DNA of 64,000 nt, taken from assembly GCA_964016885.1 (NCBI GenBank), contig OZ024744.1, positions 117,862,001-117,926,000 of the forward strand. The letters are read 5' to 3'. The stretch comes from Eledone cirrhosa. Its lineage: Eukaryota. Position numbers and translations under genes: made by a program. Below, piece after piece: positions 42,801-61,774 of the stretch (its first letter is position 1; each line of letters opens with the position of its first letter). The notes beneath the pieces were generated by a model. The model did no database searches. It was not told the DNA's origin and saw only the letters and a program-made list of their open reading frames with translations.

Positions 42801-45800
42801 ACAGACACACACTGATATACACAGACACACACTGGTATACACAGACACACACTGGTATACACAGACACACACTGATATACACAGACACACACTGATATAC
42901 ACAGACACACACTGATATACACAGACAGACACTATTATACACAGACACACACTGATATACACAGACACACACTGATATACACAGACACACACTGATATAC
43001 ACAGACACACACTGATATACACAGACAGACACTGATATACACAGACACACACTGATATACACAGACACACACTGATATACACAGACACACACTGATATAC
43101 ACAGACAGACACTGATATACACAGACAGACACTGATATACACAGACAGACTCTGATATACACAGACAGACACTGATATACACAGACACACACTGATATAC
43201 ATAGACACACACTGGTATACACAGACAGACACTGATATACACAGACACACACTGATATACACAGACACTGATATACACAGACACACACTGATATACACAG
43301 ACACACACTGATATACACAGACAGACACTGATATACACAGACACTGATATACACAGACACACACTGATATACACAGACACACACTGTTATACACAGACAC
43401 ACACTGGTATACACAGACAGACACTGATATACACAGACAGGCACTGATATACACATACAGACACTGATATACACAGACACACACTGATATACACAGACAG
43501 ATACTGATATACACAGACACACACTGATATACACAGACACACACTGATATACATAGACACACACTGATATACACAGACATACACTGATATACACAGACAC
43601 ACACTGATATACACAGACACACACTGATATACACAGACAGACACTGATATACACAGACACTGATATACACAGACACACACTGATATACACAGACACACAC
43701 TGGTATACACAGACACACACTGGTATACACAGACACACACTGGTATACACAGACACACACTGGTATACACAGACACACACTGGTATACACAGACAGACAC
43801 TGATATACACAGACAGACACTGATATACACAGACACTGATATACACAGGCACAAACTGATATACACAGACAGACACTGATATACACAGACAGACACTGAT
43901 ATACATAGACACATACTGATATACACAGACACACACTGATATACACAGACAGACACTGATATACACAAACACACACTGATATACACAGACACACACTGAT
44001 ATACACAGACACTGATATACACAGACACACACTGATATACACAGACACACACTGATATACACAGACACACACTGGTATACACAGACACTGATATACACAG
44101 ACAGACACTGATATACATAGACACACACTGATATACACAGACAGACACTGATATACACAGACACACTGATATATACAGACACTCACTGATATACACAGAC
44201 ACACACTGATATACACAGACACACACTGATATACACAGACACACACTGATATACACAGACACACACTGATATACACAGACACACACTGATATACACAGAC
44301 ACACACTGATATACACAGACACACACTGATATACACAGACACACACTGGTATACACAGACACTGATATACACAGACAGACACTGATATACACAGACAGAC
44401 ATTGATATACACAGACAGACACTAATATACACAGACAGACACTGGTATACACAGACACACACTAATATACACAGACAGACACTGATATAGACACACACTT
44501 ATATACACAGACAGATACTGATATACACAGACACACACTGGTATACACAGACACTGATATACACAGACACACACTGATATACACAGACACTGATATACAC
44601 AGACACACACTGATATACACAGACAGACACTGATATACACAGACACACACTGATATACACAGACACACACTGGTATACACAGACACACACTGATATATAC
44701 AGACACTCACTGATATACACAGACACTCACTGATATACACAGACACACACTGATATACACAGACACACACTGATATACACAGACAGACACTGATATACAC
44801 AGACACACACTGATATACACAGACACACACTGGTATACACAGGCACTGATATACACAGACAGACACTGATATACACAGACACACACTGATATACACAGAC
44901 AGACATTGATATACACAGACAGACACTGATATACACAGACAGACACTGGTATACACAGACACACACTAATATACACAGACAGACACTGATATACAGACAC
45001 ACACTGATTTACACAGACAGATACTGATATACACAGACACACACTGGTATACACAGACAGACACTGATATACACAGACAGACACTGATATACACAGACAG
45101 ACACTGATATACACAGACACTGATATACACAGGCACAAACTGATATACACAGACACACACAGATATACACAGACACTTATATACACAGACACACACTGAT
45201 ATACACAGACACACACTGATATACACAGACACTGATATACACAGACAGACACTGATATACACAGACACACACTGATATACACAGACACACACTGATATAC
45301 ACAGACAGACACTGATATACACAGACAGACACTGATATACACAGACACACACTGATATACACAGACACACACTGATATACACAGACACACACTGGTATAC
45401 ACAGACACACACTGGTATACACAGACACACACTGGTATACACAGACACACACTGGTATACACAGACAGACACTGGTATACACAGACAGACACTGATATAC
45501 ACAGACAGACACTGATATACACAGACACTGATATACACAGGCACAAACTGATATACACAGACAGACACTGATATACACAGACAGACACTGATATACATAG
45601 ACACATACTGATATACACAGACACACACTGATATACACAGACAGACACTGATATACACAAACACACACTGATATACACAGACACACACTGATATACACAG
45701 ACACTGATATACACAGACACACACTGATATACACAGACACACACTGATATACACAGACACACACTGGTATACACAGACACTGATATACACAGACAGACAC

Positions 45801-48800
45801 TGATATACATAGACACACACTGATATACACAGACAGACACTGATATACACAGACACACAGATATATACAGACACTCACTGATATACACAGACACACACTG
45901 ATATACACAGACACACACTGATATACACAGACACACACTGATATACACAGACAGACACTGATATACACAGACACACACTGATATACACAGACAGACATTG
46001 ATATACACAGACAGACACTAATATACACAGACAGACACTGGTATACACAGACACACACTAATATACACAGACAGACACTGATATAGACACACACTTATAT
46101 ACACAGACAGATACTGATATACACAGACACACACTGGTATACACAGACACTGATATACACAGACACACACTGATATACACAGACACTGATATACACAGAC
46201 ACACACTGATATACACAGACAGACACTGATATACACAGACACACACTGATATACACAGACACACACTGGTATACACAGACACACACTGATATATACAGAC
46301 ACTCACTGATATACACAGACACTCACTGATATACACAGACACACACTGATATACACAGACACACACTGATATACACAGACACACACTGATATACACAGAC
46401 AGACACTGATATACACAGACACACACTGATATACACAGACACACACTGGTATACACAGGCACTGATATACACAGACAGACACTGATATACACAGACACAC
46501 ACTGATATACACAGACAGACATTGATATACACAGACAGACACTGATATACACAGACAGACACTGGTATACACAGACACACACTAATATACACAGACAGAC
46601 ACTGATATATAGACACACACTGATTTACACAGACAGATACTGATATACACAGACACACACTGGTATACACAGACAGACACTGATATACACAGACAGACAC
46701 TGATATACACAGACACTGATATACACAGGCACAAACTGATATACACAGACACACACAGATATACACAGACACTTATATACACAGACACACACTGATATAC
46801 ACAGACACTGATATACACAGACAGACACTGATATACACAGACACACACTGATATACACAGACACACACTGATATACACAGACACACACTGATATACACAG
46901 ACAGACACTGATATACACAGACAGACACTGATATACACAGACACACACTGATATACACAGACACACACTGATATACACAGACACACACTGGTATACACAG
47001 ACATACACTGATATACACAGACACTGATATACACAGACAGACACTGATATACACAGACACTGATATACACAGACACACACTGATATACACAGACACGCAC
47101 TGATATACACAGACAGACACTGATATACACAGACAGACACTGATATACATAGACACATACTGATATACACAGACACACACTGATATACACAGACACACAC
47201 TGATATACACAGACAGACACTGATATACACAGACACTGATATACACAGACAGACACTGATATACACAGACAGACACTGATATACACAGACACACACTGAT
47301 ATACACAGACACACACTGATATACACAGACACACGCTGATATACACAGACAGACACTGATATACACAGACACACACTGATATACACAGACACACACTGAT
47401 ATACACAGACACTGATATACACAGACACACACTGATATACACAGACAGACACTGATATACACAGACACACACTGATATACACAGACACACACTGGTATAC
47501 ACAGACACTGATATACACAGACAGACACTGATATACATAGACACACACTGATATACACAGACAGACACTGATATACACAGACACACACTGATATATATAG
47601 ACACTCACTGATATACCCAGACACACACTGATATACCCAGACACACACTGATATACACAGACACACACTGATATACACACACACACTGATATACACAGAC
47701 ACACACTGGTATACACAGACACACACTGGTATACACAGACACTGATATACACAGACACACACTGATATACACAGACAGACACTAATATACACAGACACAC
47801 ACTAATATACACAGACAGACACTGATATACAGACACACACTTATATACACAGACAGATACTGATATACACAGACACACACTGGTATACACAGACACTGAT
47901 ATACAGACACACACTGATATACACAGACACTGATATACACAGACAGACACTGATATACACAGACACACACTGATATACACAAACACACACTGGTATACAC
48001 AGACACTGATATACACAGACAGACACTGATATACACAGACGGACACTGATATACACAGACAGACACTGATATACACAGACAGACACTGATATACACAGAC
48101 AGACACTGATATACACAGACAGACACTGATATACACAGACACACACTGATATACACAGACAGACACTGGTATACACAGACACACACTGGTATACACAGAC
48201 ACACACTGATATACACAGACACACACTGATATACACAGACACAACTGATATACACAGACACACACTGATATACACAGACACACACTGGTATACACAGACA
48301 CACACTGGTATACACAGACACACACTGATATACACAGACACACACTGATATACACAGACACACACTGATATACACAGACACACACTAATATACACAGACA
48401 CACACTGATATACACAGACACACACTGATATACACAGACACACACTGATATACACAGACACACACTGATATACACAGACAGACACTGATATACACAGACA
48501 CACACTGATATACACAGACAGACACTGATATACACAGACAGACACTGATATACACAGACAGACACTGATATACACAGACAGACACTGATATACACAGACA
48601 CACACTGATATACATAGACACACACTGGTATACACAGACAGACACTGATATACACAGACAGACACTGATATACACAGACACTGATATACACAGACACACA
48701 CTGATATACACAGACACACACTGATATACACAGACAGACACTGATATACACAGACACTGATATACACAGACACACACTGATATACACAGACACACACTGT

Positions 48801-51800
48801 TATACACAGACACACACTGGTATACACAGACAGACACTGATATACACAAACAGACACTGATATACACAGACACACACTGATATACACAGACACACACTGG
48901 TATACACAGACACACACTGATATACACAGACAGATACTGATATACACAGACACACACTGATATACATAGACACACACTGATATACACAGACAGACACTGA
49001 TATACACAGACACACACTGATATACACAGACACACACTGATATACACAGACACACACTGATATACACAGACACACACTGATATACACAGACACACACTGA
49101 TATACACAGACACACACTGATATACACAGACACACACTGGTATACACAGACACTGATATACACAGACAGACACTGATATACACAGACACACACTGATATA
49201 CACAGACAGACACTGATATACACAGACAGACACTGATATACACAGACAGACACTGGTATACACAGACACACACTAATATACACAGACAAACACTGATATA
49301 CAGACACACACTGATATACACAGACAGATATTGATATACACAGACACACACTGGTATACACAGACACTGATATACACAGACACACACTGATATACACAGA
49401 CACTGATATACAGACACACACTGATATACACAGACAGATACTGATATACACAGACAGACACTGATATACACAGACACACACTGATATACACAGACAGACA
49501 CTGATATACACAGACACTGATATACACAGACACACACTGATATACACAGACACACACTGATATACACAGACACTGATATACACAGACACACACTAATATA
49601 CACAGACAGACACTGATATACACAGACACACACTGATATACACAGACACACACTGGTATACACAGACACTGATATACACAGACAGACACTGATATACATA
49701 GACACACACTGATATACATAGACACACACTGATATACACAGACAGACACTGATATATACAGACACACACTGATATACACAGACACACACTGATATACACA
49801 GACACACACTGATATACACAGACACACACTGATATACACAGACACACACTGATATACACAGACACACACTGGTATACACAGACACTAATATACACAGACA
49901 GACACTGATATACACAGACAGACACTGATATACACAGAAACACACTGATATACACAGACACACACTGATATACGCAGACAGACACTGATATACACAGACA
50001 GACACTGGTATACACAGACACACACTAATATACACTGACAGACACTGATATACACAGACAGATATTGATATACACAGACACACACTGGTATACACAGACA
50101 CTGATATACACAGACAATGATATACACAGACAGACACTGATATACACAGACACACACTGGTATACACAGACACACACTGATATACACAGACACTGATATA
50201 CACAGACAGACACTGATATACACAGACGGACACTGATATACACAGACGGACACTGATATACACAGACGGACACTGATATACACAGACAGACACTGATATA
50301 CACAGACAGACACTGATATACACAGACACACACTGATATACACAGACACACACTGGTATACACAGACACACACTGGTATACACAGACACACACTGATATA
50401 CACAGACACACACTGATATACACAGACACACACTGATATACACAGACACAACTGATATACACAGACACACACTGATATACACAGACACACACTGGTATAC
50501 ACAGACACACACTGGTATACACAGACACACACTGATATACACAGACACACACTGATATACACAGACACACACTGATATACACAGACAGACACTATTATAC
50601 ACAGACACACACTGATATACACAGACACACACTGATATACACAGACACACACTGATATACACAGACACACACTGATATACACAGACAGACACTGATATAC
50701 ACAGACACACACTGATATACACAGACACACACTGATATACACAGACACACACTGATATACACAGACAGACACTGATATACACAAACAGACACTGATATAC
50801 ACAGACAGACTCTGATATACACAGACAGACACTGATATACACAGACACACACTGATATACATAGACACACACTGGTATACACAGACAGACACTGATATAC
50901 ACAGACACACACTGATATACACAGACACTGATATACACAGACACACACTGATATACACAGACACACACTGATATACACAGACAGACACTGATATACACAG
51001 ACACTGATATACACAGACACACACTGATATACACAGACACACACTGTTATACACAGACACACACTGGTATACACAGACAGACACTGATATACACAGACAG
51101 GCACTGATATACACATACAGACACTGATATACACAGACACACACTGATATACACAGACAGATACTGATATACACAGACACACACTGATATACACAGACAC
51201 ACACTGATATACATAGACACACACTGATATACACAGACATACACTGATATACACAGACACACACTGATATACACAGACAGACACTGATATACACAGACAC
51301 TGATATACACAGACACACACTGATATACACAGACACACGCTGATATACACAGACAGACACTGATATACACAGACACACACTGATATACACAGACACACAC
51401 TGATATACACAGACAGACACTGATATACACAGACACACACTGATATACACAGACACACACTGGTATACACAGACACTGATATACACAGACAGACACTGAT
51501 ATACATAGACACACACTGATATACACAGACAGACACTGATATATACAGACACTCACTGATATACCCAGACACACACTGATATACCCAGACACACACTGAT
51601 ATACACAGACACACACTGATATACACAGACACACACTGATATACACAGACACACACTGGTATACACAGACACACACTGGTATACACAGACACTGATATAC
51701 ACAGACACACACTGATATACACAGACAGACATTGATATACACAGACAGACACTAATATACACAGACACACACTAATATACACAGACAGACACTGATATAC

Positions 51801-54800
51801 AGACACACACTTATATACACAGACAGATACTGATATACACAGACACACACTGGTATACACAGACGCTGATATACAGACACACACTGATATACACAGACAC
51901 TGATATACACAGACAGACACTGATATACACAGACACACACTGATATACACAAACACACATTGGTATACACAGACACTGATATACACAGACAGACACTGAT
52001 ATACATAGACACACACTGATATACACAGACAGACACTGATATACACAGACACACACTGATATATACAGACACTCACTGATATACACAGACACACACTGAT
52101 ATACACAGACACACACTGATATACACAGACACTGATATACACAGACACACACTGATATACACAGACAGACACTGATATACACAGACACTGATATACACAG
52201 ACACACACTGGTATACACAGACAGACACTGATATACACAGACACACACTGATATACACAGACACTGATATACAGACACACACTGATATACACAGACAGAT
52301 ACTGATATACACAGACAGACACTGATATACACAGACAGACACTGATATACACAGACAGACACTGATATACACAGACACTGATATACACAGACAGACACTG
52401 ATATACACAGACACACACTGATATACACAGACACACACTGATATACACAGACACACACTGATATACACAGACACTGATATACACAGACACACACTGATAT
52501 ACACAGACACTGATATACACAGACACACACTGATATACACAGACAGACACTGATATACACAGACACACACTGATATACACAGACACACACTGGTATACAC
52601 AGACACTGATATACACAGACAGACACTGATATACATAGACACACACTGATATACATAGACACACACTGATATACACAGACAGACACTGATATATACAGAC
52701 ACACACTGATATACACAGACACACACTGATATACACAGACACACACTGATATACACAGACAGACACTGATATACACAGACAGACACTGATATACACAGAC
52801 ACACACTGATATACACAGACAGACACTGATATACACAGACACACACTGATATACGCAGACAGACACTGATATACACAGACAGACACTGATATACACAGAC
52901 AGACACTGGTATACACAGACACACACTAATATACACTGACAGACACTGATATACAGACACACACTGATATACACAGACAGATATTGATATACACAGACAC
53001 ACACTGGTATACACAGACACTGATATACACAGACACACACTGATATACACTGACACTGATATACAGACACACACTGATATACACAGACAGATACTGATAT
53101 ACACAGACAGACACTGATATACACAGACACACACTGATATACACAGACAGACACTGATATACACAGACACACACTGATATACACAGACACTGATATACAC
53201 AGACACACACTGGTATACACAGACACTGATATACACAGACAGGCACTGATATACACAGACAGGTACTGATATACACAGACACACACTGATATACACAGAC
53301 AGACACTGATATACACAGACACACACTGGTATACACAGACACTGATATACACAGACAATGATATACACAGACAGACACTGATATACACAGACACACACTG
53401 GTATACACAGACACACACTGATATACACAGACACTGATATACACAGACAGACACTGATATACACAGACGGACACTGATATACACAGACAGACACTGATAT
53501 ACACAGACAGACACTGATATACACAGACAGACACTGATATACACAGACACACACTGATATACACAGACACACACTGGTATACACAGACACACACTGGTAT
53601 ACACAGACACACACTGATATACACAGACACACACTGATATACACAGACACACACTGATATACACAGACACAACTGATATACACAGACACACTGATATACA
53701 CAGACACACACTGGTATACACAGACACACACTGGTATACACAGACACACACTGATATACACAGACACACACTAATATACACAGACACACACTGATATACA
53801 CAGACACACACTGATATACACAGACAGACACTGATATACACAGACACACACTGATATACACAGACACACACTGATATACACAGACACACACTGATATACA
53901 CAGACAGACACTGATATACACAGACACACACTGATATACACAGACACACACTGATATACACAGACACACACTGATATACACAGACACACACTGATATACA
54001 CAGACAGACACTGATATACACAGACAGACACTGATATACACAGACAGACACTGATATACACAGACAGACACTGATATACACAGACACACACTGATATACA
54101 TAGACACACACTGGTATACACAGACAGACACTGATATACACAGACAGACACTGATATACACAGACACACTGATATACACAGACACACACTGATATACACA
54201 GACAGACACTGATATACACAGACACTGATATACACAGACACACACTGATATACACAGACACACACTGTTATACACAGACACACACTGGTATACACAGACA
54301 GACACTGATATACACAGACAGACACTGATATACACAAACAGACACTGATATACACAGACACACACTGATATACACAGACACACACTGGTATACACAGACA
54401 CACACTGATATACACAGACACACACTGATATACACAGACACACACTGATATACACAGACACACACTGATATACATAGACACACACTGATATACACAGACA
54501 CTGATATACACAGACAGACACTGATATACACAGACACACACTGATATACACAGACACACACTGATATCAACAGACACGCACTGATATACACAGACACACA
54601 CTGATATACACAGACACACACTGGTATACACAGACACACACTGGTATACACAGACAGACACTGATATACACAGACAGACACTGATATACACAGAGAGAGA
54701 CACTGATATACACAGACACTGATATACACAGGCACAAACTGATATACACAGACACACACTGATATACACAGACACACACTGATATACACAGACACACACT

Positions 54801-57800
54801 GATATACACAGACACACACTGATATACACAGACACACACTGATATACACAGACACACACTGGTATACACAGACACTGATATACACAGACAGACACTGATA
54901 TACACAGACACACACTGATATACACAGACAGACATTGATATACACAGACAGACACTAATATACACAGACAGACACTGGTATACACAGACACACACTAATA
55001 TACACAGACAGACACTGATATACAGACACACACTTATATACACAGACAGATACTGATATACACAGACACACACTGGTATACACAGACACTGATATACACA
55101 GGCACACACTGATATACACAGACACACACTGATATACACAGACAGATACTGATATACACAGACACACACTGATATACACAGACACACACTGGTATACACA
55201 GACACTGATATACACAGACAGACACTGATATACATAGACACACACTGATATACACAGACAGACACTGATATACACAGACACACACTGATATATACAGACA
55301 CTCACTGATATACACAGACACACACTGATATACACAGACACACACTGATATACACAGACACACACTGATATACACAGACAGACACTGATATACACAGACA
55401 CTGATATACACAGACACACACTGATATACACAGACACACACTGGTATACACAGACACTGATATAGACACACAGACACTGATATACACAGACACACACTGA
55501 TATACACAGACACACACTGATATACACAGACAGATATTGATATACACAGACAGACACTGGTATACACAGACACACACTAATATACACAGAAAGACACTGA
55601 TATACAGACACACACTGATATACACAGACAGATACTGATATACACAGACACACACTGGTATACACAGACAGACACTGATATACACAGACAGACACTGATA
55701 TACACAGACAGACACTGATATACACAGACAGACACTGATATACACAGACAGACACTGATATACACAGACACTGATATACACAGGCACAAACTGATATACA
55801 CAGACACACACTGATATACACAGACACTGATATACACAGACACACACTGATATACACAGACACACACTGATATACACAGACACTGATATACACAGACAGA
55901 CACTGATATACACAGACACACACTGATATACACAGACAGACACTGATATACACAGACAGACACTGATATACACAGACAGACACTGATATACACAGACACA
56001 CACTGATATACATAGACACACACTGATATACACAGACAGACACTGATATACACAGACAGACACTGATATACACAGACACACACTGATATATACAGACACA
56101 CACTGGTATACACAGACATACACTGATATACACAGACACTGATATACACAGACAGACACTGATATACACAGACACACACTGATATACACAGACACACACT
56201 GATATACACAGACACACACTGATATACACAAACACACACTGATATACACAGACAGACACTGATATACACAGACACTGATATACACAGACACACACTGATA
56301 TACACAGACAGACACTGATATACACAGACAGACACTGATATACACAGACACACACTGATATACACAGACACACACTGATATACACAGACACACGCTGATA
56401 TACACAGACACACACTGATATACACAGACACACACTGATATACACAGACAGACAGTGATATACACAGACAGACACTGATATATACAGACAGACACTGATA
56501 TACACAGACACACACTGATATACACAGACACACACTGATATACACAGACACACGCTGATATACACAGACACACGCTGATATACACAGACACACGCTGATA
56601 TACACAGACACACACAGATATACACAGACACACACTGATATACACAGACACTGATATACACAGACACACACTGATATACACAAACACACACTGATATACA
56701 CAGACACACACTGGTATACACAGACACTGATATACACAGACAGACACTGATATACATAGACACACACTGATATACACAGACAGACACTGATATACCCAGA
56801 CACACACTGATATACACAGACACACACTGATATACACAGACACACACTGATATACACAGACACACACTGATATACACAGACACACACTGGTATACACAGA
56901 CACATGCTGGTATACACAGACACTGATATACACAGACACACACTGATATACACAGACAGACATTGATATACACAGACAGACACTAATATACACAGACAGA
57001 CACTGGTATACACAGACACACACTAATATACACAGACAGACACTGATATACAGACACACACTTATATACACAGACAGATACTGATATACACAGACACACA
57101 CTGGTATACACAGACACTGATATACACAGACACACACTGATATACACAGACACACACTGATATACACAGACACTGATATACACAGATGCACACTGATATA
57201 CACAGACAGACACTGACAGACACTGATATACACAGACACTGATATACACAGACACACACTGATATACACAGACAGACACTGATATACACAGACACACACT
57301 GATATACACAGACACTGATATACACAGACACACACTGATATACACAGACACTGATATACACAGACACACACTGATATACACAGACACTGATATACACAGA
57401 CACACACTGATATACACAGACACTGATATACACAGACACACACTGATATACACAGACACACACTGATATACACAGACACACACTGATATACACAGACAGA
57501 CACTGATATACACAGACACACACTGATATACACAGACACACACTGATATACACAGACACACACTGATATACACAGACAGATACTGATATACACAGACACT
57601 GATATACACAGACACAAACTGATATACACAGACAGACACTGATATACACAGACAGACACTGATATACACAGACAGACACTGGTATACACAGACAGACACT
57701 GATATACACATACAGACACTAGTATACACAGACAGACACTGATATACACAGACACACACTGATATACACAGACACACACTGATATACACAGACACACACT

Positions 57801-60800
57801 GATATACACAGACACACACTGGTATACACAGACAGACACTGATATACACAGACAGACACTGATATACATAGACACTGATATACACAGACGCACACTGATA
57901 TACACAGACACTGATATACACAGACACACACTCATATACACAGACAGACACTGATATACACAGACACACACTGATATACACAGACACACACTGGTATACA
58001 CAGACAGACACTGATATACACAGACAGACACTGATATACACAGACACACACTGGTATACACAGACAGACACTGATATACACAGACACACACTGATATACA
58101 CAGACACACACTGGTATACACAGACAGACACTGATATACACAGACAGACACTGATATACACAGACACACTCTGATATACACAGACACATACTGATATAAA
58201 CAGACACACACCGATATACACAGACAGACACTGATCTACATAGACAGACACTGATCTACATAGACACACACTGATATACACAGACACACACTGATATACA
58301 CAGACAGACACTGATATACACAGACACACACTGATATACATAGACACTGATATACACAGACACACACTGATATACACAGACAGACACTGATATACACGGA
58401 CACACACTGATATACACAGACACCACTGATATACACAGACACACACTGATATACACAGACACTGATATACACAGATACACACTGATATACACAGACACAC
58501 ACTGATATACACAGACACTGATATACACAGATACACACTGATATACACAGACACACACTGATATACACAGACACACACTGATATACACAGACAGACACTG
58601 ATATACACAGACAGACACTGATATACACAGACACACACTGATATACACAGACAGACACTGATATACACAGACACACACTGATGTACACAGACACTGATAT
58701 ACACAGACACACACTGATGTACACAGACAGACACTGATATACACAGACACACACTGATATACATAGACACTGATATACACAGACAGACACTGATATACAC
58801 AGACAGACACTGATATACACAGACACACACTGATATACACAGACAGACACTGATATACATAGACACTGATATACACAGACAGACACTGATATACACAGAC
58901 AGACACTGATATACACAGACACACACTGATATACACAGACACACACTGATATACACAGACAGACACTGATATACACAGACAGACACTGATATACACAGAC
59001 ACACACTGATATACACAGACACACACTGGTATACACAGACACACACTGGTATACACAGACACTGATATACACAGACACACACTGATATACACAGACAGAC
59101 ACTGATATACACAGACACACACTGATATACACAGATACGCACTGGTATACACAGACACACACTGGTATACACAGACACTGATATACACAGACACACACTG
59201 GTATACACAGACACACACTGATATACACAGACACACACTGATATACACAGACACACACTGATATACACAGACACACACTGATATACACAGACACTGATAT
59301 ACACAGACAGACACTGATATACACAGACAGACACTGATATACACAGACACTGATATACACAGACTGACACTGATATACACAGACTGACACTGATATACAC
59401 AGACACACACTGATATACACAGACACACACTGATATACACAGACACACACTGATATACACAGACACTGATATACACAGACACACACTGATATACACAGAC
59501 ACTGATATACACAGACAGACACTGATATACACAGACAGACACTGATATACACAGACAGACACTGATATACACAGACACACACTGATATACACAGACAGAC
59601 ACTGGTATACACAGACACACACTGATATACACAGACAGACACTGATATACACAGACACACACTGATATACACAGACAGACACTGATATACACAGACCGGC
59701 ACTGATATACACAGACAGACACTGATATACACAGACAGACACTGATATACACAGACAGACACTGGTATACACAGACACACACTGATATACACAGACAGAC
59801 ACTGATATACACAGACACACACTGATATTCACAGACAGACACTGAAATACACAGACACACACTGATATACACAGACACACACTGATATACACAGACACTG
59901 ATATACACAGACACACACTGGTATACACAGACAGATACTGATATACACAGACACACACTGGTATACACAGACACACACTGGTATACACAGACACTGATAT
60001 ACACAGACACACACTGATATACACAGACACTGATATACACAGACACACACTGATATACACAGACACACACTAATATACACAGACACTGATATACACAGAC
60101 ACACACTAATATACACAGACACACACTGGTATACACAGACACTGATATACACAGACACACACTGATGTACACAGACAGACACTGATATACACAATCACAC
60201 ACTGATATACACAGTCACACACTGATATACACAGACACACACTGATATACACAGACACACACTGATATACACAGACACACACTGATATACACAGACACAC
60301 ACTGATATACACAGACACACACTGATATACACAGACACACACTGATATACACAGACACACACTGATATACACAGACACACACTGATATACACAGACACAC
60401 ACTGATGTACACAGACAGACACTGATATACACAGACACACACTGATATACACAGACACACACTGATATACACAGACACACACTGATATACATAGACACTG
60501 ATATACACAGACACACACTGATATACACAGACAGACACTGATATACACAGACACTGATATACACAGACACACACTGATATACACAGACACACACTGATAT
60601 ACACAGACATACACTGATATACACAGACAGACACTGATATACAGACACACACTGATATACACAGACACACACTGGTATACACAGACACACACTGGTATAC
60701 ACAGACACACACTGGTATACACAGACACACACTGATATACACAGACAGACACTGATATACACAGACACATACTGATATACACAGACAGACACTGATATAC

Positions 60801-60807
60801 ACAGACA
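27866..60807. repeat. ~33-kb satellite, 20-bp unit ACTGATATACACAGACA(C/G)AC with 16- and 18-bp variants (roughly 1,700 units)
   Basis: Continuous array with no intervening unique sequence or TE seen. Confidence 0.99.
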
Positions 60808-61730
60808 TAATATCTCACATAACATTTACATTACTCTATATATACTATTGTATTTTCACAGTAAAGGCTTTACCTCACATAATACCTCACATAACATTTA
60901 CATTACTCTATATATACTATTGTATTTTCACAGTAAAGTTTTTACCTCACATAATACCTCACATAACATTTACATTACTCTATATATACTATTGTATTTT
61001 CACAGTAAAGGCTTTACCTCACATAATACCTCACATAACATTTACATTACTCTATATATACTATTGTATTTTCACAGTAAAGTCTTTACCTCACATAATA
61101 TCTCACATAACATTTACATTACTCTATATATACTATTGTATTTTCACAGTAAAGTCTTTACCTCACATAATATCTCACATAACATTTACATTACTCTATA
61201 TATACTATTGTATTTTCACAGTAAAGGCTTTACCTCACATAATACCTCACATAACATTTACATTACTCTATATATACTATTGTATTTTCACAGTAAAGTC
61301 TTTACCTCACATAATATCTTACATAACATTTACATTACTCTATATATACTATTGTATTTTCACAGTAAAGTCTTTACCTCATATAATATTTACATTATGG
61401 GGGCACATGGCTTAGTGGTTAGAGCATTGGCCTTGCAATCAAAAGTTTGTGAGTTCAATTCTCAGACCGGGTGATGTGTTGTTTCCTTGAGCAAGACACT
61501 TTATTTCACATTGCTCCAGTTTTCTTAGCTGTAGAAATGAGATGATAGGGACTGGAGTCCATATCATTCCACTGCAAAGTGCACGTGTAGGTGCCACGGC
61601 AAAAAAGCACGCAGCACTCACTGTAAATGAGGTCGGTGTTAGGAAGGGCAACCAGCTGTAGAAATCAAGCCTGAATCGGTTCCTTTCCCACCCTTGCAAG
61701 CAGGGAAAAAGCGGACGTAAAATGAAATGA

Positions 61731-61774
<44 letters not shown>

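Noticed and set aside
27807-60825. Long Cys/Val/Tyr-rich ORFs up to 1027 aa
   Set aside because: All three minus frames of the 20-bp satellite lack stops; constant 16/18-bp variants show no frame conservation.
61399-61470. tRNA gene
   Set aside because: No convincing cloverleaf or poly-T terminator; it continues into a SINE body and LINE-type tail.
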